A stretch of 64,000 nt of DNA from Fidelibacterota bacterium (lineage in GTDB: Bacteria; Fidelibacterota; Marinisomatia; Marinisomatales; JACNKV01): the NCBI GenBank assembly GCA_014381855.1, contig JACNKV010000084.1, positions 22,341 to 86,340 of the forward strand. Direction: 5' to 3'. Shown in pieces: positions 28,417-39,028 of this stretch. The translations under genes and the position numbers were made by a program. The stretch's first letter is position 1; each line of letters begins with the position of its first letter. The notes beneath the pieces are model-generated. The model was not told the origin of the DNA. It ran no database searches and worked only from the letters and a program-made list of their open reading frames with translations.

Positions 28417-29586
28417 TCATTCCTTTAATTCTTCCTGTAAAATATTCACATACAGAGGTGTTTGTATTAATGCGTTATATGAAAACAGACATACGCCCGG
28501 GAACTGTGTCATGCGTGTGTACTTAATTTTATCCAGAGCATCAATTGCGGGTTGATTATAGGTTGAAACACCCATGATAATTTTGTTACGGTACTTTTTA
28601 GGGATATTATCATATATTATCTCGATATTAGAAGCAAAATCCCGAATAGACGTAGAATAATTCATTGGGATTAGCCAGTCCATATATCCCGCTGCAATCC
28701 ACACGTCCCATTCCTGAAAATACTGATTTCGTGCTGTATATAAATCCGGTTTTACAGAAGCAGAAAATATAACATTCGGACGAGATGTTTTAATTACTTC
28801 CTTCGTTTGTTTAACAAGATCTGTAACTGATTTTCTTCTGTAATCACTCCAATTCGTCATCTTCCGTGTAAATTGTGGATCGCCTTTAGAAATATTCGCA
28901 TTTACAGATAAAAATACTTTTGGGTCTTCTCCAGATTCATTTCGATACTCATCGACGGCTTCTATGTTTTTTCCATATTCAGAATCTTTATAACGAACAT
29001 AGTCTAAATGTAGTCCATCCACTTCATAATTTTCAAGGAGTTCTCGAAAGACAGATAATAAATACGGTGTTACCTCCGGATGATGAGGTGCCAAATATAT
29101 TCCTTCATCCCCGACACCTCTATTAGAATATAACTGAGCAAGGGTTTGGTTCTCTTTCTCTTCATCTAACCAATCATAATGTAAGTTTACAACATGTTTA
29201 TTTGACGTGGGCTCTGTAGCCGAGGACCAAGTAAGATAAACATTCACCCATGCATGGACATTTATCCCAGATTGATGTGCTTTCTCCAAGGCATAGGCAA
29301 GTGGGTCATAAAATTGGAGGTCCATCATCTCCGGTTCCGGTTCAAACGCGGAATGATAGTAAGCATCCCCACGACCACGTACTTGCAGAAATACATTATT
29401 AAAGTTGTTTTTTTTCGCAAAAAGAACCATATCATCAATGGATTTTTTAGATGTCATTGCATCCCTGACCACCCATAAACAACGATATTCAAATTTACTC
29501 GCATGTATCTCCGGGACATAACCCGCAAATAAAAAACAAAGGGCAACAATGGATGTTGCCCTAAATGGGAGTAATATTTGAGACAT
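28417..29586 (-). CDS. glycosyl hydrolase-like family 10 (GHL10/YngK-type, PF02638-like) secreted protein
   Basis: Signal peptide, then LWVVRDAM...NNVFLQVRGRGDAYYHS..EP...HAWVNV and GLHLDYVRY blocks as I remember them for this family. Confidence 0.55.
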   Translation of the reverse strand: MSQILLPFRATSIVALCFLFAGYVPEIHASKFEYRCLWVVRDAMTSKKSIDDMVLFAKKNNFNNVFLQVRGRGDAYYHSAFEPEPEMMDLQFYDPLAYALEKAHQSGINVHAWVNVYLTWSSATEPTSNKHVVNLHYDWLDEEKENQTLAQLYSNRGVGDEGIYLAPHHPEVTPYLLSVFRELLENYEVDGLHLDYVRYKDSEYGKNIEAVDEYRNESGEDPKVFLSVNANISKGDPQFTRKMTNWSDYRRKSVTDLVKQTKEVIKTSRPNVIFSASVKPDLYTARNQYFQEWDVWIAAGYMDWLIPMNYSTSIRDFASNIEIIYDNIPKKYRNKIIMGVSTYNQPAIDALDKIKYTRMTQFPGVCLFSYNALIQTPLYVNILQEELKE

Positions 29587-29613
29587 TAAGAAATTATTTA
29601 AATCGGACCCTGA

Positions 29614-30030
29614 TTATTTTTCTTCCTCAGGTGCCGATTCTTTTTTCTCCGATTTTTTTTCTATCGCTCCAACTAAATCAATTAATTCAATCATCGAAAC
29701 ATCTGCACGATCATTATCTCTGAAACCCAATTTTGTAATGCGTGTGTATCCGCCCGGACGATTTTCATATACGGGGGCAACGTCATGAAACAAGGCATGA
29801 ACCGTCTCTTTGTGTTTTATCTTACGAAGTACCAAACGCCGAGCATGAAGATCTCCTCGTTTAGCGAGGGTTATCATGGGTTCGATGAACCGTCTGAGTT
29901 CTTTTGCACGTGCATGCGTAGTTTTAATGCGTTTATGTTTAATTAGAGACATAGCCATATTACTCATCATTGCCTTTTTATGGCTTCGTGAGGTTAAGCC
30001 AAGTCTCCGTTTTGAATTCAAATGTCTCAT
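29614..30030 (-). CDS. rplQ: 50S ribosomal protein bL17
   Basis: MRHLNSKRRLGLTSRSHKKAM...; follows rpoA. Confidence 0.95.
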   Translation of the reverse strand: MRHLNSKRRLGLTSRSHKKAMMSNMAMSLIKHKRIKTTHARAKELRRFIEPMITLAKRGDLHARRLVLRKIKHKETVHALFHDVAPVYENRPGGYTRITKLGFRDNDRADVSMIELIDLVGAIEKKSEKKESAPEEEK

Positions 30031-30039
30031 AAAATTATT

Positions 30040-31011
30040 TTACACTTCTTCTTTTAAGTATTGATCAACTTTCATCGCAAAGCTTAAACCCATCTCATCG
30101 AGTTTTTCAACAAGCTCGGTAAGGGATTTTCGTCCAAAGTTTTTGTACTTTAACATTTCGGCTTCATCTTTTGATACGAGTTCATGAATGTATTTTATTC
30201 CAGCAGCAACTAGACAATTATAACTACGTACTGAAAGCTCCATTTCATCAATCGTTGAATTTAACAAGTTTTGGATGGCAAGAGTTTCCTCATTGAAGTT
30301 CTCTGTTACTTCCAGCACTTCCGGATTTGCAATTGCTTCAACATACCTCAAATGTTCAACCAATACCGACGCAGAATAGCTTATGGCATCTTTCGGTGTA
30401 ATCGAACCATCTGTGGTAACATCGATATCTAATTCTTCCAGGTCTTCTTTGACGCCGGGTAAAGGATTTGAGTGATAGGTTACTTTTGTCACAGGATTGA
30501 AAATGCTGTCAATAGACACAACTCCAATCGGAGCATTTAACATTTCATTCTCCTCTGAGGGAACATATCCCTTACCAATTCCAAGCCATAACTCCATATC
30601 GATTGTTGCTTTATCGTTCAATTCTGTGATATAATGATCTGGATTTAGCACGGTAAATTGATCACTAACGTCTTGAATGTCTTTTGCAGTAAACAGTCCT
30701 TTTCCACTCAGCTTGATATGAATTTTATCGGGATTGTTTTCGAACAGTTTGAATCGGACACCTTTTAAATTCATCAGGATATCGGCAACATCTTCTTTCA
30801 CACCTTTTATGGTAGAAAATTCATGAAGAACTCCGTCCATTTTTACATTGGTGATTGCAGCACCCGGTATTTTGGTCATTAGGATTCGACGTAAAGCATT
30901 TCCTAAGGTGACTCCATATCCTCTTTCGAGTGGTTGAATATTAAACTTCCCGTACGTATCGGTCAGTGTTTTTTCATCTACTTGAATGTTTAATTCAATA
31001 TCTTTTATCAT
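30040..31011 (-). CDS. rpoA: DNA-directed RNA polymerase subunit alpha
   Basis: 323 aa. NTD (PLERGYGVTLGNALRR) and CTD (LSVRSYNCL...NFG.KSL.E). Confidence 0.95.
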   Translation of the reverse strand: MIKDIELNIQVDEKTLTDTYGKFNIQPLERGYGVTLGNALRRILMTKIPGAAITNVKMDGVLHEFSTIKGVKEDVADILMNLKGVRFKLFENNPDKIHIKLSGKGLFTAKDIQDVSDQFTVLNPDHYITELNDKATIDMELWLGIGKGYVPSEENEMLNAPIGVVSIDSIFNPVTKVTYHSNPLPGVKEDLEELDIDVTTDGSITPKDAISYSASVLVEHLRYVEAIANPEVLEVTENFNEETLAIQNLLNSTIDEMELSVRSYNCLVAAGIKYIHELVSKDEAEMLKYKNFGRKSLTELVEKLDEMGLSFAMKVDQYLKEEV

Positions 31012-31033
31012 AAAATATTATCCTTGTTTCCTG

Positions 31034-31651
31034 TTATTTGGAATACAGTTCCACAACCAATTGTTCATTAATTGTTTGATTCATCATATCACGTTCGGGT
31101 ACTTCGAGAAAGATGCCTTTCATTTTTGCTTTATCCAGCTCCAGCCAAGGAAGATCAATATCACCTTTAATCCGTTTCATCGCATTTAAAATGATATCCA
31201 TTTTACGGCTCTTTTCACGAACCTGAATGGTATCGCCCGGCTTCACCAAAAAAGACGGAATGTTGACTCTCTGACCATTCACCAAATAGTGTCCATGGTT
31301 TACAAACTGACGCGCAGAGGGTCTGGTTGGAGCAAAGCCAAGTTGATAAACAACGTTATCCAGTCGGCATTCCAAAAGCTGTAGGAGATTCGTCCCTGTT
31401 TCCCCTTTCATCTTTTCTGCTTTTTTAAAGTAGTTTCTAAATTGTTTCTCCAGTACGCCAAACATCATCTTAATCTTTTGCTTTTCTTGCAATTGAATAC
31501 CATAATTTGATAATCTGCGACGACGACTCTGGCCATGTTGACCCGGGGCGTATGGTTTTTGATTTAATAATTTATCATACTTGGGATTGCCAAAAATATT
31601 CTCGCCGAATTTTCTGACTAGTTTCCCCTTCGATCCAATGTGTTTTGCCAT
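31034..31651 (-). CDS. rpsD: 30S ribosomal protein uS4
   Basis: 205 aa, S4 domain, alpha-operon order. Confidence 0.95.
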   Translation of the reverse strand: MAKHIGSKGKLVRKFGENIFGNPKYDKLLNQKPYAPGQHGQSRRRRLSNYGIQLQEKQKIKMMFGVLEKQFRNYFKKAEKMKGETGTNLLQLLECRLDNVVYQLGFAPTRPSARQFVNHGHYLVNGQRVNIPSFLVKPGDTIQVREKSRKMDIILNAMKRIKGDIDLPWLELDKAKMKGIFLEVPERDMMNQTINEQLVVELYSK

Positions 31652-31672
31652 TCAGCCAGCTCCTAAATCTTA

Positions 31673-32065
31673 TTATACACGTCTTCTTTTTGGTGGGCGA
31701 CATCCGTTGTGCGGAAGAGGCGTTACATCCATGATAGACGTAACTAGTAAACCTGCCACACCTAATGCACGAATGGATGATTCACGACCGGGACCGGGGC
31801 CTTTTACCCGAACATCCACCGTCGTTAACCCCAATCCTATCGCTTCTTTTGCCGCATTTTCTGCTGCAATCGTTGCTGCATAGGCCGTACTTTTTCGCGA
31901 ACCCTTAAATCCCGATGTCCCTGCGGTAGCCCACGCAATTACATTTCCGAACTTATCAGTAAATGTAATATGTGTGTTGTTAAATGTTGCTTTTATATGC
32001 GCCACGCCAACAGGTTCAACAAACCTTTTCTTTTTCTTTTTGCGCTTATCTTTTTTTATAGCCAC
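31673..32065 (-). CDS. rpsK: 30S ribosomal protein uS11
   Basis: [17 protein letters not shown]...GFKGSRKST. Confidence 0.95.
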   Translation of the reverse strand: MAIKKDKRKKKKKRFVEPVGVAHIKATFNNTHITFTDKFGNVIAWATAGTSGFKGSRKSTAYAATIAAENAAKEAIGLGLTTVDVRVKGPGPGRESSIRALGVAGLLVTSIMDVTPLPHNGCRPPKRRRV

Positions 32066-32068
32066 TGA

Positions 32069-32458
32069 TTACCCTTTCTTTCCGACGATTGCTTTCCCCA
32101 TACCGACAGTGCGTTTTCTACCCTTACGTGTACGAGCATTTGTCTTCGTTCGCTGTCCACGTACGGGCATTCCTCGACGATGACGTAATCCACGATAACT
32201 TCCGATATCTTTTAACCGCTTAATGTTCATCGCTTTTTCAGATCTAATTTCTCCTTCAACCAGGATGCCTAAATCTGTTAACGCTTTACGAAGAGCTATC
32301 TCTTGGTCTTCCGTTAAATCTTTCACTCTGACGTCGTAGGAAACCCCGGCTTTATCACAAATCTTTTTTGCCAGCGTCAATCCTATCCCATGGATGTATC
32401 TCAGAGAATAGGCTACATGTTTTTCTTTTGGAATGTCTATACCCGCTATACGCGCCAC
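32069..32458 (-). CDS. rpsM: 30S ribosomal protein uS13
   Basis: [15 protein letters not shown]..., [20 protein letters not shown]. Confidence 0.95.
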   Translation of the reverse strand: MARIAGIDIPKEKHVAYSLRYIHGIGLTLAKKICDKAGVSYDVRVKDLTEDQEIALRKALTDLGILVEGEIRSEKAMNIKRLKDIGSYRGLRHRRGMPVRGQRTKTNARTRKGRKRTVGMGKAIVGKKG

Positions 32459-32467
32459 TATTTACTC

Positions 32468-32581
32468 CTACCCTTGTCTTTGTTTATGTTTTGGATTTTC
32501 ACAAATCACCCTCACAACACCTTTTCGTCGGATGATTTTACATTTACTGCATATTTTTTTTACTGATGGACGAACTTTCAT
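32468..32581 (-). CDS. rpmJ: 50S ribosomal protein bL36 (Zn-ribbon form)
   Basis: Below the ORF-track size cutoff. Manual translation gives [37 protein letters not shown], lying between infA and rpsM. Confidence 0.93.
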   Translation of the reverse strand: MKVRPSVKKICSKCKIIRRKGVVRVICENPKHKQRQG

Positions 32582-32588
32582 TTTTCTC

Positions 32589-32816
32589 CTACTTTTGTCG
32601 ATAGACTATGCGACCGCGACTTAAATCATAGGGGGTTACTTCTAACGTTACAATATCCCCCGGTAAAATCTTGATGAAATGCATTCTCATTTTTCCACTG
32701 ACATGTGCTAATACTATATGTTTTGATTCGCCGATTTCAACTTCTACGCGAAACATCGCGTTCGGTAGCGTCTCTTTAATAACACCATCAATCGTAATTG
32801 GTTGTTCTTTAGCCAT
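32589..32816 (-). CDS. infA: translation initiation factor IF-1
   Basis: 75 aa; NAMFRVE...H..GKMR...I.ILPGD.V. Confidence 0.95.
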   Translation of the reverse strand: MAKEQPITIDGVIKETLPNAMFRVEVEIGESKHIVLAHVSGKMRMHFIKILPGDIVTLEVTPYDLSRGRIVYRQK

Positions 32817-33567
32817 GACTATTTCCTTGACTCAGTATTTGGGCTCCTTCATTAAGAATGGCAATCGTATGTTCAAAATGAGCACTGGACATACCATCTT
32901 TTGTACGAACCGTCCAGCCGTCTTTATCGGTTACAATCTCTTTCGCCCCCATATTAATCATGGGTTCAATGGCAATACACATACCCGGTTTTAATTGATG
33001 CCCTTGTTTTGGTTCACCATAGTTGGGAACCTGTGGATCTTCGTGCAGATCTGTGCCAATACCGTGACCTACAAGTTCTCGAACAACAGAATACCCATAT
33101 CCTTCTACATACGTTTGAATTACGTGACCGATATCTGAAACATAATTTCCAACTTTTGCTGCCTGAATTCCAAGCATGAGTGCTTCATGTGTTACATCCA
33201 TTAACTGACGCTTATCGCCAGTGATCTCCCCGATGGCGAATGTTTTTGCGTGGTCACCATAATAGCCGTTCTTTTCCGCACCACAATCGATACTGACGAT
33301 TTGACCTTCTTCTAATTTTCGTGTTGTAGGTATCCCATGGACGACTTCGTCATCGATTGAAATACACAACGTAGAAGGAAATCCCAAATATCCTTTAAAG
33401 GCAGGTCGAGCTCCCATAGATATAATAAAATCCTCAGCGCGACGATCCAACTCTTTAAGTGAAATACCGGGTTTCATATACTTGGAAAGCATATTCAGTG
33501 TGTCTGCAACAATTTGACTGCTTTGAGCAATCAAACCAATTTCTCGTTTTGAACGAATCATAACCAT
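32809..33567 (-). CDS. map: type I methionine aminopeptidase
   Basis: Metal-ligand blocks VHGIP, D.G, HGIG and EP. Directly follows secY with a 1-nt overlap; no adk in between. Confidence 0.93.
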   Translation of the reverse strand: MVMIRSKREIGLIAQSSQIVADTLNMLSKYMKPGISLKELDRRAEDFIISMGARPAFKGYLGFPSTLCISIDDEVVHGIPTTRKLEEGQIVSIDCGAEKNGYYGDHAKTFAIGEITGDKRQLMDVTHEALMLGIQAAKVGNYVSDIGHVIQTYVEGYGYSVVRELVGHGIGTDLHEDPQVPNYGEPKQGHQLKPGMCIAIEPMINMGAKEIVTDKDGWTVRTKDGMSSAHFEHTIAILNEGAQILSQGNSHG

Positions 33568-34904
33568 TACATTCGTTTCCGTCCGCGAATTTTTCCTTTA
33601 GTCAAAAAACCATCATAATGGCGCATCATTAGATGCGATTCCATTTGCTGTAGCGTGTCAAGTGCAACCCCCACAATAATCAACAAACTTGTACCTCCAA
33701 AGAAAGAGGCTAAGTCGTATCCTATATCCATAGCATTCATTAAGATGTACGGGAAAATAGCAACAAACGCTAGAGAAAAAGAGCCGGGAAGTGTAACCCG
33801 AGTTAAAATGTTGTCAATAAATTCTGCGGTTTTCTTTCCGGGGCGTACACCCGGGATAAACCCACCTTGTTGTTTCATCGTGGTAGAAACTTGAACGGGG
33901 TCAAAGGCAATGGCGGTATAAAAATATGTGAAAAATACAATCATAGACCCAAATACGATCCAATAAAAAGGATGGTCAAAAGAAAACCAACGCATCACAG
34001 ATTGCATAAAATCACTATTACTAAAAAACGTGGCAATCGTACTGGGAATAAACATAATAGACTGTGCAAAAATAATGGGCATCACACCGGCGGTATTCAC
34101 TTTTAATGGTATATGTGTTGATTGACCACCATATACCTTTCTACCTACTACCCTTTTGGCATATTGGACAGGTATTTTCCTTGTCCCCTGTGTCAAAAGC
34201 ACCACAAATCCGACAATCACAAACATTAACGCAATCAAAATGACTTCAGCCAGTATACCACGAATCCCTTCTTGGATGTAATTAATTTCACTCAGAACCA
34301 CATTCGGGAATCGTGATACAATCCCAATCATGATAATAAGGGAGATACCATTCCCTAAGCCACGTTCAGTGATTCGTTCGCCCAGCCACATCATCAGGAT
34401 GACACCGGTGACTAAACTGACTATGGCAGTAAACTTAAACATAAGCCCGGGATGAGGGATGACATGTGCAATTCCGCCACCAATATTTGCTGTCATACTT
34501 TCTAAAAATATCGTGACCCCATATGCCTGCATCGTTCCAATCAGCACCGTACCATATCGAGTAATCTGTGTAATTTTCTTTCTTCCTGCTTCCCCTTCTT
34601 TCTGTAATCGTTGAAAGTAAGGAACGACTGCACCCATCAGCTGAATAATAATCGAAGCAGAGATATAGGGCATAATTCCTAACGCAAACAGAGTTGCTTT
34701 CTTAAACGCTCCTCCGGCAAATAGATCATAAAGTCCGAACAGTGTGTTCTGAAAGTTTTGAATTGCTGCACCCAGTGCTTCACCATCGACTCCGGGTATG
34801 GGGATATGAGCACCAATCCGAACGATGATTAATATTCCAAGGGTGAATAATATCCGATTTCTGAGTTCCGGAATGCTAAAAATATTTCGTATTTTTTCAA
34901 TCAC
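33567..34904 (-). CDS. secY: preprotein translocase subunit SecY
   Basis: 445 aa, 10 TM segments, GIMPYISASII motif. Confidence 0.95.
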   Translation of the reverse strand: MIEKIRNIFSIPELRNRILFTLGILIIVRIGAHIPIPGVDGEALGAAIQNFQNTLFGLYDLFAGGAFKKATLFALGIMPYISASIIIQLMGAVVPYFQRLQKEGEAGRKKITQITRYGTVLIGTMQAYGVTIFLESMTANIGGGIAHVIPHPGLMFKFTAIVSLVTGVILMMWLGERITERGLGNGISLIIMIGIVSRFPNVVLSEINYIQEGIRGILAEVILIALMFVIVGFVVLLTQGTRKIPVQYAKRVVGRKVYGGQSTHIPLKVNTAGVMPIIFAQSIMFIPSTIATFFSNSDFMQSVMRWFSFDHPFYWIVFGSMIVFFTYFYTAIAFDPVQVSTTMKQQGGFIPGVRPGKKTAEFIDNILTRVTLPGSFSLAFVAIFPYILMNAMDIGYDLASFFGGTSLLIIVGVALDTLQQMESHLMMRHYDGFLTKGKIRGRKRM

Positions 34905-35341
34905 AGGGTTGTTGCAGAGCCTCCTGCCTTTTCTATTTTTTCTTTTGCGGTTTGACTAAAAGCTGATGCGGATACGTTTAAAGATTTCGTCAGTTCTCCA
35001 TTCCCCAATATTTTAATCGGTTTGAATGCAGAACGTACCAATCCTTTTTCTTTCAGAATTTCCGAAGTAATTGTCTCAACGTCAAGTTCTTCTAAATCAT
35101 TTAGATTTACAATCTGATATTCTTTTCTGAATAAATAGTTTGAAAAACCACGTTTCGGAACACGTCTCATCAATGGCATTTGTCCACCTTCAAACCATGG
35201 GCGATGTTTATGACCGCTTCGTTGCCCTGCACCTTTATGACCTCGCCCTGCGGTATGCCCAAGGCCCGAACCCGTACCACGACCTTTTCTCTTCGTATTC
35301 TTTTTGGAACCTTTTGGGGGTTGTAATTCACCTAATTTCAT
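34901..35341 (-). CDS. rplO: 50S ribosomal protein uL15
   Basis: Sequence and spc-operon order. Confidence 0.95.
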   Translation of the reverse strand: MKLGELQPPKGSKKNTKRKGRGTGSGLGHTAGRGHKGAGQRSGHKHRPWFEGGQMPLMRRVPKRGFSNYLFRKEYQIVNLNDLEELDVETITSEILKEKGLVRSAFKPIKILGNGELTKSLNVSASAFSQTAKEKIEKAGGSATTL

Positions 35342-35532
35342 CCCACTTCCTCCACGCTCAACATATATTCTATTTTTTTTATCATACCACGAATCGCCGG
35401 ATTATCTTTTTGTACAACCGATTGATGCATTTTTCTTAATCCCAGAGCATCTAGTGTCGCATGTGCCTTCGGTTTATAACCGATTCGACTCCGGATTTGT
35501 GTAATTTTTAATGTTTTCTGTTTTTTACCCAT
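35338..35532 (-). CDS. rpmD: 50S ribosomal protein uL30
   Basis: 64 aa, LKITQIRS.IG pattern, operon order. Confidence 0.9.
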   Translation of the reverse strand: MGKKQKTLKITQIRSRIGYKPKAHATLDALGLRKMHQSVVQKDNPAIRGMIKKIEYMLSVEEVG

Positions 35533-35534
35533 GA

Positions 35535-36038
35535 TTAATTAAATATTTGTTTGATGGTTACACCTTTTTTGTTGGCTATAGACACCGCATCTTGTAGGCT
35601 GGTTAATGCTTGCAGTGTGGCTCTGACAACATTTAATGGATTATTTGAACCAATTATTTTTGTAAGGATATTTGAAATACCTGACATTTCCATCACGGCA
35701 CGAACGGCAGCCCCTGCAATGATACCTGTACCGGGAGCAGCAGGTTTAAGCATCACATTACTGGCACCAAATTTCCCAATTATTTTATGAGGGATTGTAC
35801 CATTGATGACAGATACACGAAAAATATTTTGCTTCCCATTCTCTTTTGCCTTTGAGATGGCGGCAACAACTTCATTCGCTTTACCCAAGCCCATACCAAC
35901 ATGACCTTTCCCGTCTCCTACAACGACTAATGCAGAAAAACGAAATCGTTTTCCCCTTGAAGTCACTTTAGCAATACGATTAATTCGTACAACAATTTCT
36001 TCTTTCAGATCCAGTTCAGCCGGATTTATACTCGCCAA
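35535..36038 (-). CDS. rpsE: 30S ribosomal protein uS5
   Basis: V.R..KV..GG+.F.F.ALVVVGD..G.VG.G.GKA pattern. Confidence 0.95.
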   Translation of the reverse strand: MASINPAELDLKEEIVVRINRIAKVTSRGKRFRFSALVVVGDGKGHVGMGLGKANEVVAAISKAKENGKQNIFRVSVINGTIPHKIIGKFGASNVMLKPAAPGTGIIAGAAVRAVMEMSGISNILTKIIGSNNPLNVVRATLQALTSLQDAVSIANKKGVTIKQIFN

Positions 36039-36054
36039 TTCGTTACTCCCTTTT

Positions 36055-36426
36055 TTAAATTTTCAATCCACCTTCACGTGCTGCATCAGCTAAGGCTTTG
36101 ATACGGCCACTGTATGGATTTCCGTTTCGGTCAAAAACGACCTGTTTAATATCTAGTTTTAAAGCACGTTCTGCTATCGCACTTCCAACATGTTTACTTG
36201 CTTCAGTTTTTGTGCTGTTTTTCTTTAACTTACCGGAAATTTCATTTTCATACGTAGAAGCAGAGACCAGCGTAATACTTTTGCGGTCATCGATAATCTG
36301 AGCCTCGATGTGTTTATTACTTCGAAAAATGCAAAGCCTCGACAGCGTAGGATGGTTAAATGCAGTTTTCTTACTCCGATTCCGACGTCGTTTAAACCGA
36401 CTAATATCTTGGTTCAATTTACTCAT
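36055..36426 (-). CDS. rplR: 50S ribosomal protein uL18
   Basis: Sequence (FDR.G..YHGR-like NPYSGRIKALADAAREGG) and operon order. Confidence 0.93.
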   Translation of the reverse strand: MSKLNQDISRFKRRRNRSKKTAFNHPTLSRLCIFRSNKHIEAQIIDDRKSITLVSASTYENEISGKLKKNSTKTEASKHVGSAIAERALKLDIKQVVFDRNGNPYSGRIKALADAAREGGLKI

Positions 36427-36431
36427 AATGT

Positions 36432-36968
36432 TTATCCACCAACAGTTTTTCCTTGTTTCTGACGAACATATTCACCTTTATAACGAACCCCTTTTCCCTT
36501 ATAGGGCTCAGGCTTGCGAAAGGATCGTATCTTTGCAGCAACTTCTCCGACGAGTTGTTTATCTATACCCTCTACAGTGATTTCTGTTCGCTTTGCACTG
36601 ATGGTAATCCCTTTCGGTGGTTCAAAAATAATATCATGTGAATATCCCAATGCTAACTTCAACCGAATTCCGTCCATCTGTGCTTGATATCCAACTCCAA
36701 CCAATGTCAGCTCTTTTTTATATCCCTGGGAGACACCGATAACGGCATTCGACATAAGTTGACGTAGGGTACCATGGTTTGCACGAAACTTCCTTTCGTC
36801 CGAAGATCGCTCTACCAGCAAGGTGCCTTCAGTATCTTTGACTGTTATTCCCGAAATCACAGGGACAGATAATTCACCTTTAGGACCTTTGACAGAGGCA
36901 ACCTCATTTTGAAACATCACGGTGACACCGTCAGGTATTTGGATTGGTTTTTTACCGATTCTTGACAT
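36432..36968 (-). CDS. rplF: 50S ribosomal protein uL6
   Basis: MSRIGKKPI.IP.GV; 178 aa. Confidence 0.95.
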   Translation of the reverse strand: MSRIGKKPIQIPDGVTVMFQNEVASVKGPKGELSVPVISGITVKDTEGTLLVERSSDERKFRANHGTLRQLMSNAVIGVSQGYKKELTLVGVGYQAQMDGIRLKLALGYSHDIIFEPPKGITISAKRTEITVEGIDKQLVGEVAAKIRSFRKPEPYKGKGVRYKGEYVRQKQGKTVGG

Positions 36969-36974
36969 AATTCT

Positions 36975-37373
36975 TTACCACACGTTGCAAATTAATTCAC
37001 CACCAACGTTCATTTTTTTGGCGGTTTTGTTTGAAATAACTCCTTTAGGTGTAGACAGAATGGAAATACCCAATCCGTCCAGCACTCTAGGAATGCTCTT
37101 TGAATCTACGTAAACACGACACCCCGGTTTACTGACTCTTTCTATTGTTGTAATCACAGGTTTATTGTGATAATCATATTTAAGAAAGACACGAATCGTT
37201 TCTTTATTTCCATCGGCGATAAAAATAAAATCTTTGATATAGTGATCTTCTTTTAACACGTAAACTATTCGCTTTTTCATATTGGATGCTGGAATATCTA
37301 CCCACCGTTTTCCAACAGCAAGACCATTTCGTATTCGCGTTAACAAATCAGCGATTGGATCAGTCATTGACAT
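36975..37373 (-). CDS. rpsH: 30S ribosomal protein uS8
   Basis: MTDPIADLLTRIRNG. Confidence 0.95.
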   Translation of the reverse strand: MSMTDPIADLLTRIRNGLAVGKRWVDIPASNMKKRIVYVLKEDHYIKDFIFIADGNKETIRVFLKYDYHNKPVITTIERVSKPGCRVYVDSKSIPRVLDGLGISILSTPKGVISNKTAKKMNVGGELICNVW

Positions 37374-37388
37374 AATTTATAATTCTCC

Positions 37389-37574
37389 TTACCAACTTGC
37401 TTTTGTTACACCGGGGATTTCGCCCTTCAGGGCCATTTCCCGAAAACATATTCTACAGAGCCCAAACCGTCTCATATACGCATGAGGTCGCCCGCAATTT
37501 GAACATCGATGGTAACCTCTTGTTGAAAATTTAGGCTTCCTTTTTGCCTTAACAATCAAGGATCGTTTTGCCAT
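37389..37574 (-). CDS. rpsN: 30S ribosomal protein uS14, short type-Z Zn form
   Basis: 61 aa with CSNCGRP...CRIC. Confidence 0.93.
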   Translation of the reverse strand: MAKRSLIVKAKRKPKFSTRGYHRCSNCGRPHAYMRRFGLCRICFREMALKGEIPGVTKASW

Positions 37575-38341
37575 CAGTTAACCTCCGCTCCTTTAGTCTT
37601 TTTAGGTTTTTCTCTTAACGGAAACCCAAACTCTTTGAGTAACCAATAACCCTCATCATTACTTTTTGCTGTTGTGGTGATTGCAATATCTAATCCGCGA
37701 ATTGCATCAATTTTATCGTAATTAATTTCTGTGAACACAATTTGTTCTTTCACGCCAAAATTGTAATTCCCGCGACCGTCAAAGGATTTAAACGAAAGAC
37801 CTGTAAAGTCCCTAGTACGAGGTAATGCAATTGAAATTAATCTCTGAAAAAATTCGTACATTTTATTCGCTCTCAACGTCACCCGTACTCCCACCGGATA
37901 TCCACGTCGTATCTTAAAATTAGACACGTCCTTTTTTGCATAGGTGATCACACTCTTTTGTCCGGAAATCAACGTCAGTTCATTTTGCGCACTATCTAAA
38001 GCTTTTTGATTTTCCTTTCCGTCACCGACACCCATATTCAATGTGATTTTTGTAAATTTCGGAACTTCCATCGGACTTTCATATTTAAATCGCTCCATTA
38101 ATTTTTTCGTGATATTTTCTTGATAATATTTTTTTATTTCAGGGATATACTCTGTTTTACGAGTTGAATTTTTCGTCGTTTTTTTAACACTCGTTTTTGC
38201 AACTGGTTTTGCTGCAGATTTTTCCGTTGATTTTTTCACCGTCTTCGTTTGTGCTTTCTTTTTAGGTGACGCTTTACCAGCTGTTTTTTTCACAGTCGGT
38301 GCAGGTGTCTTTTTCTTTTCTATTTTCTTTTTTTCAGTCAT
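37574..38341 (-). CDS. rplE: 50S ribosomal protein uL5 with a ~65-aa Lys/Thr/Ala-rich N-terminal extension
   Basis: Residues ~66-255 are canonical uL5 ([17 protein letters not shown]...ITLNMGVGD). ATG 38341 forms an ATGA overlap with the rplX stop. There is no in-frame ATG near the canonical start. Confidence 0.9.
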   Translation of the reverse strand: MTEKKKIEKKKTPAPTVKKTAGKASPKKKAQTKTVKKSTEKSAAKPVAKTSVKKTTKNSTRKTEYIPEIKKYYQENITKKLMERFKYESPMEVPKFTKITLNMGVGDGKENQKALDSAQNELTLISGQKSVITYAKKDVSNFKIRRGYPVGVRVTLRANKMYEFFQRLISIALPRTRDFTGLSFKSFDGRGNYNFGVKEQIVFTEINYDKIDAIRGLDIAITTTAKSNDEGYWLLKEFGFPLREKPKKTKGAEVN

Positions 38342-38652
38342 GACGATACAACAATTTCTTCACCGGTTTTTTTTGAAATACGTACTTTGGAACCATCCTC
38401 AAGAATTTTATACCCCACACGCGTTGGTTTTCCACCATGCATGATTACGATATTGGAGATATGAATAGATGCTTCTTTCTCAGCGAAACCACCAGATGGA
38501 TTATCTTGCGTCGGGCGGATTGCTCTTTTTATAAAATTAACTCCTTCGATGATAACGCGATTCGTTTTAGGAGTTACACGAAGAACTTTTCCCTCTTTGC
38601 CTTTGTGATTTCCACTGTTTACACGGACAGTCATCCCTTTTTTGATTCGCAT
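38338..38652 (-). CDS. rplX: 50S ribosomal protein uL24
   Basis: [17 protein letters not shown] (KOW motif). Confidence 0.95.
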   Translation of the reverse strand: MRIKKGMTVRVNSGNHKGKEGKVLRVTPKTNRVIIEGVNFIKRAIRPTQDNPSGGFAEKEASIHISNIVIMHGGKPTRVGYKILEDGSKVRISKKTGEEIVVSS

Positions 38653-38653
38653 A

Positions 38654-39022
38654 CTACAATACCTCCGGAGCCATCGAAATAATTTTCATATAACCGCTTT
38701 CACGAAGTTCACGGGCAACAGGTCCAAATATTCTGGTTCCGCGAGGATCCCCGCCTTCGGTAAGCAATACAGCCGCATTATCGTCAAACCGAATATAGGT
38801 TCCATCTTGACGACGTACTTCTTTCCTTGTACGCACGATAACTGCACGAGTTACTTGCCCTTTTTTAACCATTCCGCCGGGTATGGCTTTTTTCACAGTC
38901 ACCACAACAACATCTCCAAGAGATGCATATCTGCGGCGACTCCCACCCAGCACTTTGAAACACAGGACTTCTTTTGCTCCTGTATTATCAGCTACTTTTA
39001 ATCTTGTTTCTTGTTGAATCAC
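38654..39022 (-). CDS. rplN: 50S ribosomal protein uL14
   Basis: [18 protein letters not shown]. Confidence 0.97.
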   Translation of the reverse strand: MIQQETRLKVADNTGAKEVLCFKVLGGSRRRYASLGDVVVVTVKKAIPGGMVKKGQVTRAVIVRTRKEVRRQDGTYIRFDDNAAVLLTEGGDPRGTRIFGPVARELRESGYMKIISMAPEVL

Positions 39023-39028
39023 GACATT

